Positions 1 to 12,779 of a DNA stretch of 64,000 bases are shown one piece after another. The stretch is from NCBI RefSeq assembly GCF_006345805.1, contig NC_042997.1:144460001-144524000 (forward strand). Direction: 5' to 3'. The position numbers and the translations under genes were made by a program. Below the pieces are notes generated by a model, which was given only the letters and a program-made list of their open reading frames with translations, was not told where the DNA came from and searched no databases. Numbering within the stretch: the stretch's first letter is position 1; the number at the start of each line of letters is the position of its first letter. This DNA is from Octopus sinensis. Lineage: Eukaryota.

Positions 1-209
1 AGTAGTAATGGTGGGCGGATAATTTTCTTAATATCACTTTCTGTATTAAATAAATATTTAATACTTTAAGAATATTCATTTGCAAAAAGTATTTATTTTG
101 GTTGGTCTCCCTCCGTCCGTCTGTCCTTCCCTTCTTCTCTCTTGCTCCATACAAAAATAAATATTACTTTCCATCTCACTCTGTTTTTCTTTCCTATGTT
201 TATATTCAG

Positions 210-383
210 ATTGATGAGCAAGCATTACAAGACTACAATCGGGGCCGATCCTACCTCCGTGATATTGCCGAGCGGGAGAACGTTGCTGTATTCAGTGACA
301 TTAAGGAAGCGGTGCTGCACGCTGTTCAAATCATCAAACCGTCTCCGCCAACCCTCGTCATGACAGAGAAGGTTACCATCTAA
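210..383 (+). CDS. raw: Terminal coding exon of a raw/OLRN-1-like protein (NDT-like domain C-terminus)
   Basis: Polypyrimidine tract + cag acceptor (207-209), phase 0; translation IDEQALQDYNRGRSYLRDIAERENVAVFSDIKEAVLHAVQIIK...EKVTI* (TAA 381-383). DYNRGRSYL-x-D-x-A...VF is the motif I recall from Drosophila Raw-family proteins. Upstream exons lie outside the window. Confidence 0.8.
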   Translation: MDEQALQDYNRGRSYLRDIAERENVAVFSDIKEAVLHAVQIIKPSPPTLVMTEKVTI

Positions 384-1130
384 GGGAGACAACTCTCAAA
401 CACTCGCTCACTTCATTCACCTACATACTCTACCACACTCCTCCCTGCTCACTCACTCGTTCGCATAACACACTCGTTCACACTTTCATTCAATCCCCAT
501 TCCATTGAAAGAAAAAGAAATTTTTAAAAACTTATACATAATAACTGAAAATAAAAGAAACAAAAAAAAACAAATGAAAGTAAATAGAAATTTTGACTGG
601 CGTGCTGCTGTTCTGTTGGTTGATGTATTCAATAAGAATGTGCTGTGTTTCCCCTGTCTGCCTCTTATTTTAATTATTGGTGCAATGTGTATATACACAT
701 ATATACTCCATGTCATTTGTACTGATGTTATTTATTCTTTCCATCTCATTGGACATTTTAGAAGTGAATTATGAATGATTTTAATGGTGATTTTTCCTTT
801 TTTTTTTCTTTAAATTATTTTTCCTTGATTAATTTTTTTTTCATGAACTTAAATACATATTTTGATGGAAAACATTAATCTAATCATTATTTGCTGTCTT
901 TTTTAATTTTTTTTTTTTTTTTTTAAGATTCTAAATTCATACTCATATTTCATCAGTATCCTCAACAGATTTTAATCTTGCAACAGTTATAAAAATTTAA
1001 AAAAAACTATTTTTCCCTAGTAATCCTTTTTTACATTTTAGCTAGGATAAGTAATTAATGAATATATATTTTTAATAATTTCTCTTTTAAATACAGTTCA
1101 TCTTTTAGCATAAAAATCATATATAAACAC

Positions 1131-1169
<39 letters not shown>

Positions 1170-4100
1170 GCAGGCAGATATAGTTTTACAGCTAGTCGAA
1201 GTTAAAATCCATAACGATCCTAGTATTATCAGCTCACTTCAGCACCTATCAGCATTAGGTGTTTTACATCCTCTAATTCTTTAGTTTTCACTTTTTCTAA
1301 TTAACCTACATTAATCAGCAAATTGTAAATGAAGGGTAACTGCTAATTAGTAATTTGTAGGTGTTAAATTTTAAAGTTTTTATTGCTGACTCTTATAAAT
1401 TTTCAACAATTTTGTGTCAGTTTCCATGCTTTTTCTCTAATGACATAATCTCTTCATGTCAGTGTATGCATGTAGTGACTCAGAAGGAAAGATATGAGCA
1501 GATTTCATAAAACATTTGAAGTAAAATTTTTATTAAAAAAAAAAAAAGCGTTGCTTAGTAACTGTTTTAAACTTTCACTTCCCATCTCAACAAAACCATT
1601 ATAATAGTCTCTGTTAAGTTAATTTAAAATAATTGTACCCATACTGTTTGTTTCATTTCTGAATGCTTAATGTGTATATACCTAATCTTTTAGAGTATTC
1701 AGTTATTAAAGACAGCAAAGAAGTTCAACCATATCAGTTTTCAAGGAAACAAATCTAAGTTTTACTCATGTTTATCTGATTTAAGTGCATAGAAGTAAAA
1801 CTTAACTAAAATAAGTTGACAAAAAAAGAAAAAAAAAGCTGTATATAATTTATTCCTCATTTAAATTTTTTTTTTTGTTTTTTCTGTACAACACTAAATT
1901 GAGATTCTAAGAAAATTTTAATTATTCCAAGTTGATAGAAATCCTTTTTTTTTTTATTCAATATACCTCACTTCACTGTTTCATTTTCATTTTGAAATAA
2001 TCATTTCTGTTTTTAATTAATATTAACACTTTTTCATTTATTATATTTTGTGTTGCTATAAACTCCCCAAACCAACTCTACATAAACTGTAAGCAAATCT
2101 ATAAAGATTTTTTGCTTTTTAACTTTTCTGTCTTTTTTTTTTATTTTGGTGTGCATAAGATTCCTTGATGTCTAAAATTTAAAACTTACCATATTTTGTA
2201 AGTTAATGACTATTAGTTCATATTTTTCAACCATTGTACTTAAAATATCCTTAATAAAACCAAGAATTCATGTCTTACCTTACCTCTTCCAGAGAATATA
2301 CAAAGTAGCACACAATTTCTATTAACTTAATGTGCTTTATATAACATACTGACTGGAATACAATTTAGCTGGCATTGTCTTGGACGATGTCTCTGAGATG
2401 TTTTCTAGCTGGATGCCTTTCCTGTCACTTAAAAGGTTGGCAACAGGAGGGGCATCCAACTGTACACACTGCTTTGGTAAAAGCAGCATCCAATCCATGC
2501 CAACATGAAAAAGCAGATGCAAAATGACGAGGATTACAAGCATGACTAAAGTTTTATTAGCTTAAAGTATTTTAGACATGAAAAGCATATGTATACTTGT
2601 AATTAATTACCTAAATCATTGTTAATTGCTAGTTACCAAAGAGAAACTTAATTATTGTACTGATAAACTGCTACATTCATTATTTCCCAAAACAGCTTTT
2701 TAGATTCTTCCACTTAGTATTTCATTTATCCAGTTGATATTTTCATTAGCATCGTTACTGACATTGGTCTTAATTTAGACAGTTAATTGTCTGAAATCTT
2801 GTTTTATCTTTGGAAATCTAGCAAAGCCATTACATAATTGAGACATTCATAACAGTTAATAAAAATGTTGGCAATCTTTGAGTCTAGCACATCACTTTTA
2901 ATGTCAAACAAAATGAAGCATTCAGAGAGGAATCTGAATTAAATGCAGGGGAAAAAGTTGATGCTACATGTACTTTTCAAATAGATTAGTAGAATATTTT
3001 GTCTGGTAATATCTTTAGTCTTTATATATTTTGAAGTTGTATTACTTAGAATATTCTTTTAGTGGTTTGTTGTAGGTCTGCAGCCATGCTGGAGTGCCAC
3101 CTTAATTTATTTTCTTTCTTTTGTTGTCGCTTTATGGCTGGAAGTTGGTCTTTGATTTTGCAGTGGCTGATCTTCCGAGTGGACCCTTGAATGATTGGCT
3201 AGCCCAGTATCGTCATTAGCTTATCCATTGTTATACACACACATGTAATGTGCATGTCTGTATTTCAATATCTGGGCTGATCTTATTTCATGTCTCTTTG
3301 TATTAACTTTTCTACATATGTTTGACAAAAATGAAATTGATGTGTTAAACTCTAGGATCACCAAAGCATCTTAAATTATTATTTTTTTAATCTTTGAATT
3401 AATTTCTTTAATATTACTGTTTTTTAGTATTAAATTTACAAATGTCTGCCTTTGAAACTTAATTAATCATAATACTATTTTTAGTTCTTTTTTATCATAA
3501 TGTAACTTCTTGTCCTATGGAATTTACTTTGCATTCTTGGCAACTTGTAAAATTGCTTTATTGCAGCTTATTTATACAATATAATGTGATGAATTACATC
3601 ACTTTTTGGTATCAGAAATGTGTTTTCTGCATTCAGACAGGTTAAGTTTTTCATTTCCCCAGAATTAATATCAGCAATATATCAAGGTTGAGCCGATTTC
3701 TTTCACTTGAGGTAAAAGAAATCATTGGATAGAAAACTATTTTTGGCCCTTTTTATTTTAGTCCCCTTTATTCTTGAAGCATGTCAGTCCATCAAATGAA
3801 GTCAGCTTTGATCAGTCTGTCCTGTCCTAATTATAAACACAATTAGCCTCTTCCCACAACACTGCCAAATTTTAGGTTTAATGCTAGTTCTTGTTGTTTA
3901 TTCCTTTGATAACTTAGGGAAACTTTAAATTATTTTGGGGCAGCAGGTATATTTGTTGATAGAAGTCTTAGTGGAAATATATATTTTAAAATAACAAACA
4001 AATATAAAAGTAAAAAAAAAAATCTTTCAACTGCTTTAAGCCTTTTGATGAGCCGAATCTGCAATTAAGCTTTCAGTTCTTCGTTGAAGACATTTTGTTT

Positions 4101-6711
4101 GATTTATGCTGCTAATGTCTTTGACAATCACCAAAACATCATCCTCCGCCCCCCGCCCATTTATCATAATCTCAAGTGTTGTGCTGATACATAATAAAAA
4201 AAAAATATATCCACAGCATATGTATGTGTTTCTATGTTTGAATATCATGAAGCAATATGTTCTACATGATTTCTTTTTATAAATGTCCTCTATTTTCTTA
4301 AGTTTGTTCCTTTCTCAACATTTCATAAAACCTATCCTTATGACATCTGTAACTATATATTATTATATCAGTACATTGAGTAATGTGGTACTCTTTGGTA
4401 ACTTTGTGATTCTTTTCTCTATATGTTCACAGCTCAATTTTCATCATTGCCCTCTATTATCTTCCTCCCTATGTGCAAAGATTTTTTTTTTTTATGGGTG
4501 AATGAAAAATATTTTTAACAGTAACAAAATGAGCCAACAAAGGATTCCTTGGTGTTACTCAAACTGCTAGAAACAGCAGCCAAATCTCCTTTAAATTTTC
4601 ATTTTACTTATGAAATTAGTAACTTTTTTATCCTATCAAATCATCTTTAATTGAAAATGATTTTTTTTTCTTGTATCATATTGCATCTCCTCAATTTTTT
4701 TTTCTATTCCCAAAACCCAAACATGCAAAAATGTAATATTATTCCTTATATTAAATCTAGTAAATATTTAAATAAAAATGTTAGTTAAAATATGTAACTA
4801 TTCTTTTTCATATTGTTATTAGTAAGGAGATTGGTGACTGAAACACAAATACCAGTCTAAGTGGCCTGGTGGTGTTCACTTCTGTTCCTTTATGTTGTAA
4901 GCTCAATCCTGCTTGGATTTACTTTGCTGTTCATTCTGTTGGGGGTCTAAAAAAAAAATAGTACGGGGGCACATAATTATTATTCAATTAACTGTACCCC
5001 TTCCCTACAAATTTGTGGCCATGTACCAAATTTTGAAATTATTATTATTATAGGCCGTAATTAGTGCAAAACTATTTTCATTAATTTTCTGTATAAATGA
5101 TTAACAAAATAAGCTAAAAGAAAAACAAAACAAAACCATAAACTGTTTGAGATATCTTAATGTAGTTTACTGAAGCTGGCATGTTTCACTGGAAAGCTTC
5201 GAGTTAACTATTTATTTCATTATATAAAATATTGGAAAAATGTTTTTCAAATTATGAGCTTGCTCTATATATTTTTGTACAAAAAAAAAAAAAATTAAAT
5301 TAAATTGGTATGTGTGTATACATGTTTTATATATATAATATTAGATTTGTTCAGCTGTTTCAGTTAAATGTTTAAATAACCTTCAATGTATTTGATGATT
5401 GTTGTTGATGCTATAGTAGAATTTTGGAGTTTTTTTTTTGTCTGTATGTGCATCTTTTTTGTTTGTTGTTTAATGGCTTAGTCAGAGGAGGAAGGGCATT
5501 GCCCCTTGACCTCTTTTAAAGAACCTATAAGACTGGTAGGAGGAAACAATCCTCAAACTGAAGACCTGGCCCAAATGCTTGCAACAAAGTGGTATCCACT
5601 AAATGTATCCATGTGGTGATGGTAATGACTGCTGGATTTAAGTCTAGCACCAAAGCAGAATGGAACAGTTCTTCTACTGAGCTTCTGTGCAATTTTCACC
5701 TACCAAATTACATTCACAGAACATTGGACCTGAGACTGATGCAGAAGTACCTTGCCTGTGATACCATTTGGTGGGGGTCAAACACAAAACCACTTCCTAA
5801 CCATTTGATCATACCCATTTATAAAATCTAGATTTGATGTATCATTAGTTATACATTGTGATGACTTCATATTTATCATTGGTTGTATTATAGAGTGACT
5901 ATTGTATCTGATCAATCTAGGTATCTAGATTTTTACAGATTACCTGTATACCATTGCTTAAGGATAAATTTGTGTTTGTGTATGATCAATGACTTTTGTC
6001 TTGTTTTACTTATACTGGTGTATAGATTAATAACTATCATATTTCAACTGTCTGTAACTCCATTATTTTTTAGTAAGTTTCCCCCCCTTCACCTTCAATA
6101 GAAATATAAGGTTTCAAAGCTGAACAGTAATGCATTGTTTCTATGAACAGCTGCAACTGGATGCAATTCACAATGCCAAGCCAGGAATCTCCTGTAGGTC
6201 CTCAATTTCATGTTGTATGTCTCTGCCATTGACACCAATGCAGCTGAGTGGACAACAAAACACAAATAATAGAAATGTGGTGAAATGTGTCCATAGATCT
6301 CCTCTTTGGTTTGGTGCTTCTACCATGAGATGCTTTGAATTTTCATAAAAGATCTGATGTATTTTCCATCAAGGTGATCTTAAATGAAGATCTGTCTTCA
6401 TGGTTTAGGTTCCCACTATTGAGAAGAATGCTCTCTTCATATACTTTGAAGATGGCCAGCCTTGTTGACATTGAAAAACATTTCAGTCAAAAAAAGTACT
6501 GTTCCAGTGTAACTTACTGATCCATTATCTCTAGATAAAGTTAACACACATTGAAAATGTTTCAGACAATTTGTAAACGGCCAGTTCAGTTGACATTCCC
6601 TACTCTCCTATACACATGAAAAAAAAAGCAAAACAAAACAAAACCATTTTTATTTATTTATCTTTTTTATACATTATTTGTTATATTTTGTTGCTTTTTC
6701 TTTTTTTGTTT

Positions 6712-6903
6712 CCTGTGCAGGTGGCACGTTAAAAGCACCCACTACACTCACGGAGTGGTTGGTGTTAGGAAGGGCATCCAGCTGTAGAAACATTGCCAGA
6801 TTAGACTGGAGCCTGGTGCAGCCTTCTGGCTTCCCAGAACCCCGGTCGAACCGTCCAACCCATGCTAGCATGGAGAACGGACGTTAAACGACGACGACGA
6901 TGA
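6712..6903 (+). mobile_element. 5'-truncated RTE LINE 3' end
   Basis: ggtgttaggaagggcatccagctgtagaaac...ccaacccatgctagcatgg...ggacgttaaacgacgacgatgat matches the 3' UTR/tail of the RTE at 47470-52150. Confidence 0.8.
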
Positions 6904-7885
6904 TTTCTTTTCATATCATAATTGTAAATTTTTTTTTTTTTAACAAGAGGATGAAAAGAAAGACAGCAATTACTCAGTTTGCTCACTTATAAAACTCTGA
7001 TGCTGCTTCTCCAGATATAATCCTCTGTTTATCATTATTTACTCAATAAGAACTGTTTTTAAGCTAAAACAAAATGGAAATCCTCAATCTTTCCATTTAT
7101 GCATTATTGGAGTTGTTTCGAGTGTATCACAAGGACAAAAAAAAAAAAAGCTAATAAATAAATAAATAAATAAATAGAAAACCTCTTCAGTTTTGTGGTA
7201 CACTTTAATCCCTCCAAGAAGACTTGCAGTTAATCTGTTCATCTTGGATGTGTGATTATATCTACCATATTTTGAATCCCAATTGATCTCAAATGATTAA
7301 ATATTTATTGATACAAAATGCTATTGCATCTTCAGACTTTACAAAAATGACAAAAACAAAAAAAAAATGAAAAAACCCCTCAAATTATTGAAAAGTAAAG
7401 AAGAGTATGAAAGAAACAAGGATTATCATGAATAATGTCCGTGAACAAACTGCAAATCTTATAGACTTATATTTTCTGAAGGCAGGAGTCCTGTTTTTGC
7501 CAATTCTATTCATTCAGCTCACCTACAAACTATTTTTACTTTTTTTTTTTTTTTTGGTTATTTTTTCTTTGCACTTTTGTGATTTTTGACTTTTTTTTTT
7601 GTTGATCTGAACTTTTTTTTAAATTTTATTTTTGTTTAAATGTGGATATAACTACAAAATTAAAACAAGATGTTGTGGTCAATAAGTTAACTGCAATAAT
7701 TTTCTTGTAAATCTAATTCAATTCATTGAAGTGTCTGTGAATTATGGCTTTAAATCATTACAACTCATCAACATTTGTCATCATCAATCAGAACCCCCTC
7801 TACATGCAGAAAAAGTAAACAAAAAGACAGAAACCCCTTGTAAATGTGAAAGCCATTTCATTATTTTTCAGCTTTTGAAAGTGTC

Positions 7886-7958
7886 AATAAAAATATTGGT
7901 AGCCATTTAAAGTGGCACTGATTAATGTTAACTTTGGTTTGTGTGTTTGTTTATTGTT
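7886..7958 (+). terminator. Candidate polyadenylation signal for the raw-like gene
   Basis: AATAAA at 7886-7891, TGTA motifs upstream, GU/U-rich downstream element (actttggtttgtgtgtttgtttattgtt, ~7931-7958); repeat density rises after it. Confidence 0.4.
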
Positions 7959-8007
7959 AAAAGTACAGAACAAAAATAATTCGTCAGTATTTATACTTAT
8001 AGACATA

Positions 8008-8220
8008 TGATGAGGTGCTGAAAAGGTCCTGACTTTGAGTTAAATAAAATATAAGAGGATCAGTTAATTATGACTTTATCCAACATATTTCCCCTCTCAT
8101 ATCCACATACTTATTACAATGGTTCTTTAGTTTTTCTAAGCACTGTAAAAGAACTTGGGTTGGATCTCCAACCAAACCTTTTGTGATACTCAAAGCCAGA
8201 AACTTTCCAGCACTCCATCG
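8008..8220. mobile_element. Mariner-like MITE
   Basis: Imperfect TIRs (tgatgaggtgctgaaaaggtcctgacttt / aaagccagaaactttccagcactccatcg) flanked by TA on both sides (8006-7, 8221-2). Confidence 0.7.
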
Positions 8221-10774
8221 TATTTACAATTTATACTGTCAGATTTTGTTTTCAAATCCTATATACTAAGCAAAAAGTCCTGTTATTGTTGTCATCTGAG
8301 CCCACCATGCTGCTTAGGTTTTGGTATAGTTTGGCCCCTTTAACTATAAATTTCTATTGTATAATATTTGTACCTACTCTTCAGGAATATCACATGATCA
8401 ACCAAACTATTGAGTGTTTATTACATTGCTGTTCACAATCACTTTGCATTGTTTTAGCTTTTGAATGATAGGTGAGCAGACCACCTCTAGGTATATATAC
8501 ATGTATAATGTTGCTGTATTTTTAGACAACTGAACTGTGATATATAAGCATCAAAAATAGCATCCATTTCTTTACAGAGCATATGGATCTCTTGATTATG
8601 GGCCAGCAAGCTTGAATATTGTTAGTCATGTCTTTTATAAGCTCAAAAATGATCCTCCATGAGAAACTGTTTTTAAACTGACTTTTTCTACAATTAAAAT
8701 TCATACAACAGCAATTATTATATGCTCTTTAACTCTAAAATGTTTTTCTTCCATGCCAGAAGACTCATGACCCTTTGAAGACCTAGCTCAACTGCTTACA
8801 ACTGTATTCACTAAACAGAAGGTACTCAAGGTGTTAGATAGTTTTAAACTGGGTGCTGGATTAACCCCTAAGCATTCAGATTATTCTGTCAAATCTAATG
8901 CTTATTTCTTCACATTGATTTGAATAAGTAATGCATTACTTTGTAGATTTGAAATTCTGATGACTTGAGTGCTTATTTTTAGAATAACATTGCTGGTTAG
9001 GTGTGAGCAGTAAAACACAATATTTTGGCCAAATATAGTAAAAAAAAAAAAAAAAAATTATTTAAAGGCTGAAGTTGACCATGATTGGATTTCAACTCAG
9101 AACACAAAAAAACTGGAACAAATACTACAAGTCACCATTCCACTTCCTAGAATTGGTACTTTTTTTCTTCTTTTAACTTGAAAGAATGAAAGTCAAAATT
9201 GACCTAAGTGAGATTTGAACTCAGACTAACCAGATAGTTGGAAGAAAAACCATAAAATATTCTACCCAACACTCTTCCAACTTGTGTGCATGTGTATGTT
9301 TATATTGCTTTAAAATGATGACACATTCTGTAGGAATATCGTACTTATGAGAGGCAATAAAGATATTTAGAAAGATAGAGATCAAGGAAGAGATGTAAAG
9401 ACTGTTTGATAAGCAAGTGAGTAGATATGTTAGAAAAAGAGGGGAGAAAGCATATTTTTTCTATTATATTCTTTGTAAGCATGTTTCACTTTCCTATATA
9501 GAGCATTTTGAAAGTAAGGATTTCACTTGCTTTTTACTGATGTAAAGTCATTTGTTGTATGAATTATGTTTGGTCTAAAATTAAATATGTAAGTATTATA
9601 TGTATATCTGTCTACTACTTCAAAGAGAAAATTACATCAGTTCACTCCTACACATGCATTATACAAATGAAAGGAAATACATTCGCCAAATAATTTTAAT
9701 GTAAGCTAGATTAGATTAGCTGTTGCCAAAGGTTACTTGTATGCATTTTGAAATATTGATTTATAATATCTAATAAAAATGATAGCATTCAGAATTATTG
9801 CATTTAATTCATAATAATGTAAGCAACCTAAAACTTAAATTCCCATTGACTTTTCTTTGCCATTTAATGGCCTGAAGTGGTGGGTGTAGGGAAAAATGTT
9901 AATTGTCTGTAATAAAGTTTTTATTACACCATGAATTTGTATTGTGGCTCACTAAGGTTGCAAGACAAGCATTATAGCTAATTGAAATTTGCTTATGCCA
10001 CATATCAAATTATTGTCTTTGGGATTAAACCGGATATTTTTGTTGGGGGCCACATTAGAGAAGTTAGCATTGGTTGGTTTCAAATTCATGAGTAAAATTT
10101 TGCTTGTGGGTGTTATAGGACAGTTTTCCATTTATATTTGCATCTAGTAATTATTTCTAAGCTGTAGCTCATACTAGATCAATAACTTTGTTTTTAGACT
10201 AATTAAAACTAAATACTATTGGTTCCATAATATAAAATCTCATTTTAAAGGGTTTATATTTAAAACCTTATTTGTATGTTGCCACTGTTTGTTAATGTTA
10301 TGTAACAAACCTTAACCTTTTTTTTTTTTTTTTTTGTGGCAGTGCAGTTGCACAGAGCTAGAAATTTTGAAGGGAAGAAGTTGATTATATTGACTTCAGA
10401 GCTTGGTACTTATTTTATTGACCCCCAAAAGGAGGAAAGGTAAAGTCAACCTTGGTAGCATTTGAATGCAGAATGTAAACAGCCATAAGAAATGTTACTT
10501 GGTGCTTCATCCAGAATGGTAGCTTTTGTGCTGGTTCCTTATCTTAATGAAATAAGTTATCCTAGACCTGGCTGTTTTTGACATCTATTAAAATTCAAAA
10601 GCAATGTTTCATTAGAAATGTGGCAACTAAAGGATTCATGTTTTTCACAAAATGAATAATTTAACCTTTTCCTCTGTGGTGGCTGGAGAATTTCTCTCTT
10701 CACTTCTGGGATTAAACTGTTGCAGTCCCAGCATATACCATATCTTATAAGCCTTATTGATATTGTCCACTTAA

Positions 10775-11003
10775 TTCTTTATTGCCCTCAAGGGGATAAA
10801 CATAGAGGGGACAGACAAGGACAGACAAAGGGATTAAGTCGATTACATCGACCCCAGTGCATAACTGATATTTAATTTATCAACCCTGAAAGGATGAAAG
10901 GCAAAGTTGACCTCGGCAGAATTTGAACTCAGAATGCAGCAGCGGACGAAATACCACAAAGCATTTCGCCCGGCATGCTAATGTCTCTGCCAGCTCACCA
11001 CCT
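10775..11003 (-). mobile_element. tRNA-derived SINE, family B
   Basis: Minus-strand head ggtggtgagctggcagagacattagc with B-box-like gttcaaattc; body gcctttcatcctttc...ggtcgatgtaatcgac recurs at ~14503-14930, 22660-22855, 32468-32700, 41380-43260 and 56380-56575. Confidence 0.8.
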
Positions 11004-11603
11004 TAAATTTGATATTCCCTTGATATTGTCCACTTACTATACAACATTCTTCATCTCCAAAACCTTATGATACTTTATATCTCTGCTAGTTTTATGTTAA
11101 CTAATCCAAGAGGCAACTGTATTTCATCAATGACCCAACAAAACTGAAACCAGCAATCTTCTTAGACATCACTCTTCACAACCCTTACGCAACTAAACCA
11201 TCAAATTTTCTGACTGATTCCCTTGCAAGAATACAGGTCAAGATCAGATTACAGTACCTGGAAAATTTAACCATTTAGGTGAATTTTACTTAACACAACT
11301 GAAACTTCTTGTGAGATGACTATTCAAAAAATAAGATACCTATGTACATCATACAGTCTGTGAGGACTGCCACTTTTAGACTCAGCAGTTGAGGTGTGTC
11401 TTTGGAAAGCATAGAAAAATAGTTACAGGATGGAAGAAGTTTGAAGAACTATTACTATTGCTTGTAATGAAGGGTTTCAATCTCTGAGTGAATGCTTGTC
11501 TGCAAAGTGTGTGTGTATGTGATTATGTATGTGTGAGGTGGATTCCAGAAGTTTTCTGACTTTATTTTAACTGTTTTAAGTTATTGTAATTTCCATAGAT
11601 CAA

Positions 11604-11975
11604 GAGTGACTGTGTGGTAAGTAGCTTGCTTACCAATCACATGGTTGTGGGTTCAGTCCCATTGCGTGGCACCATGGGCAAGTGTCTTCTACTATAGTCT
11701 CATGCCAACCAAAGCCTTGTGAGTGGATTTAGTTGACAGAAACTGAAAGAAGCCCATTATATATATGTATACATTTGTGGTCTGCATTTGTACCCCCACA
11801 ATTGCTTGACAACCAATGTTGGTGTGTTTACATCCCCATAACCTAGTAGTTCGGCAAAAGAGACTGATAGAATAAGTACTAGGCTTACAAAGAATAAGTC
11901 CTGGAGTCAATTTGTTTGACTAAAGGTGGTGCACCAGCATGGCCACAATCAAATGACTGAAACAAATAAAAGAAT
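11604..11975 (+). mobile_element. tRNA-derived SINE, family A
   Basis: Head tgtgtggtaagtagcttgct...gggttcagtccc (A/B-box-like), core gccttgtgagtggattt...aaactgaaagaagccc, tail aaatgactgaaacaa; other copies at ~13975, 20595, 22237(-), 23010(-), 37640, 38182, 38720 and 55635(-). Confidence 0.85.
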
Positions 11976-12320
11976 ACATCAAATCAGTTGACCTGCCAAC
12001 TTTTATTCCAGAATGAAGGAGACCACTGTAACAGCACTTTGAACGCACCCTACTAAACACTTCTCGTCATAACTAACTAGTTTGCATAATGCAGTCAGGA
12101 TGTCAAGACAATTTGGAAGCACAGTAGGCAATGAAGTTTTTTGTATTAAACTGAGGGAAAAATGTTATGAAATGCTCCAGAGTGCTTGTATAAACTGAAC
12201 ATCCCTTTTTTCGCTGACATGAGAGGTTCAAGAATGGTAAGTAGATGATGATGATGATGATAAGTGTGGGAGGGAAAGAGACATCAGGACCTCAAAGCTG
12301 GTTGAGAAAATTCACAATTT

Positions 12321-12687
12321 TCTTTTCTATTCTAGGCACAAGGCCCGAAATTTTTGGGGAGTGGGGCCAGTCAATTAGATCAAGCCCAATATGCAACTGG
12401 TACTTAATTTATCAACCCCAAAAGGATGAAAGGCAAAGCCAACCTCAGCAGAATTTGAACTCAGAATGTAAAGACAGATAAAATACCTATTTCTTTACTA
12501 CCCACAAGGGGCTTAGCAGTATTTCGTCTGTCTTTACATTCTGAGTTCAAATTCGGCCAAGGTTGACTTCGCCTTTCATTCTTTTGGGGTTGATAAATTA
12601 AGTACCAGTTGCATACTGGGGTCGATTTAATCGACTGGCCCCCGCCTCCCCCAAAATTTCAGGCATTGTGCTTAGAGTAGAAAAGAA
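12321..12687. repeat. Head-to-head inverted pair of family B SINE fragments
   Basis: 12321-12485 is approximately the reverse complement of 12517-12687, with a ~30-nt spacer. Confidence 0.85.
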
Positions 12688-12734
12688 TATGTGGATATGT
12701 GGATGTATGCCTGTTTGTCTGTATAGATGGATAG

Positions 12735-12779
<45 letters not shown>

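Noticed and set aside
102-209. N-terminal part of ORF 102..383
   Set aside because: Intronic polypyrimidine tract; the real exon starts at 210 after cag.
11604-11680. tRNA gene candidates at SINE heads
   Set aside because: A/B boxes only; they continue into SINE bodies and give no full cloverleaf.
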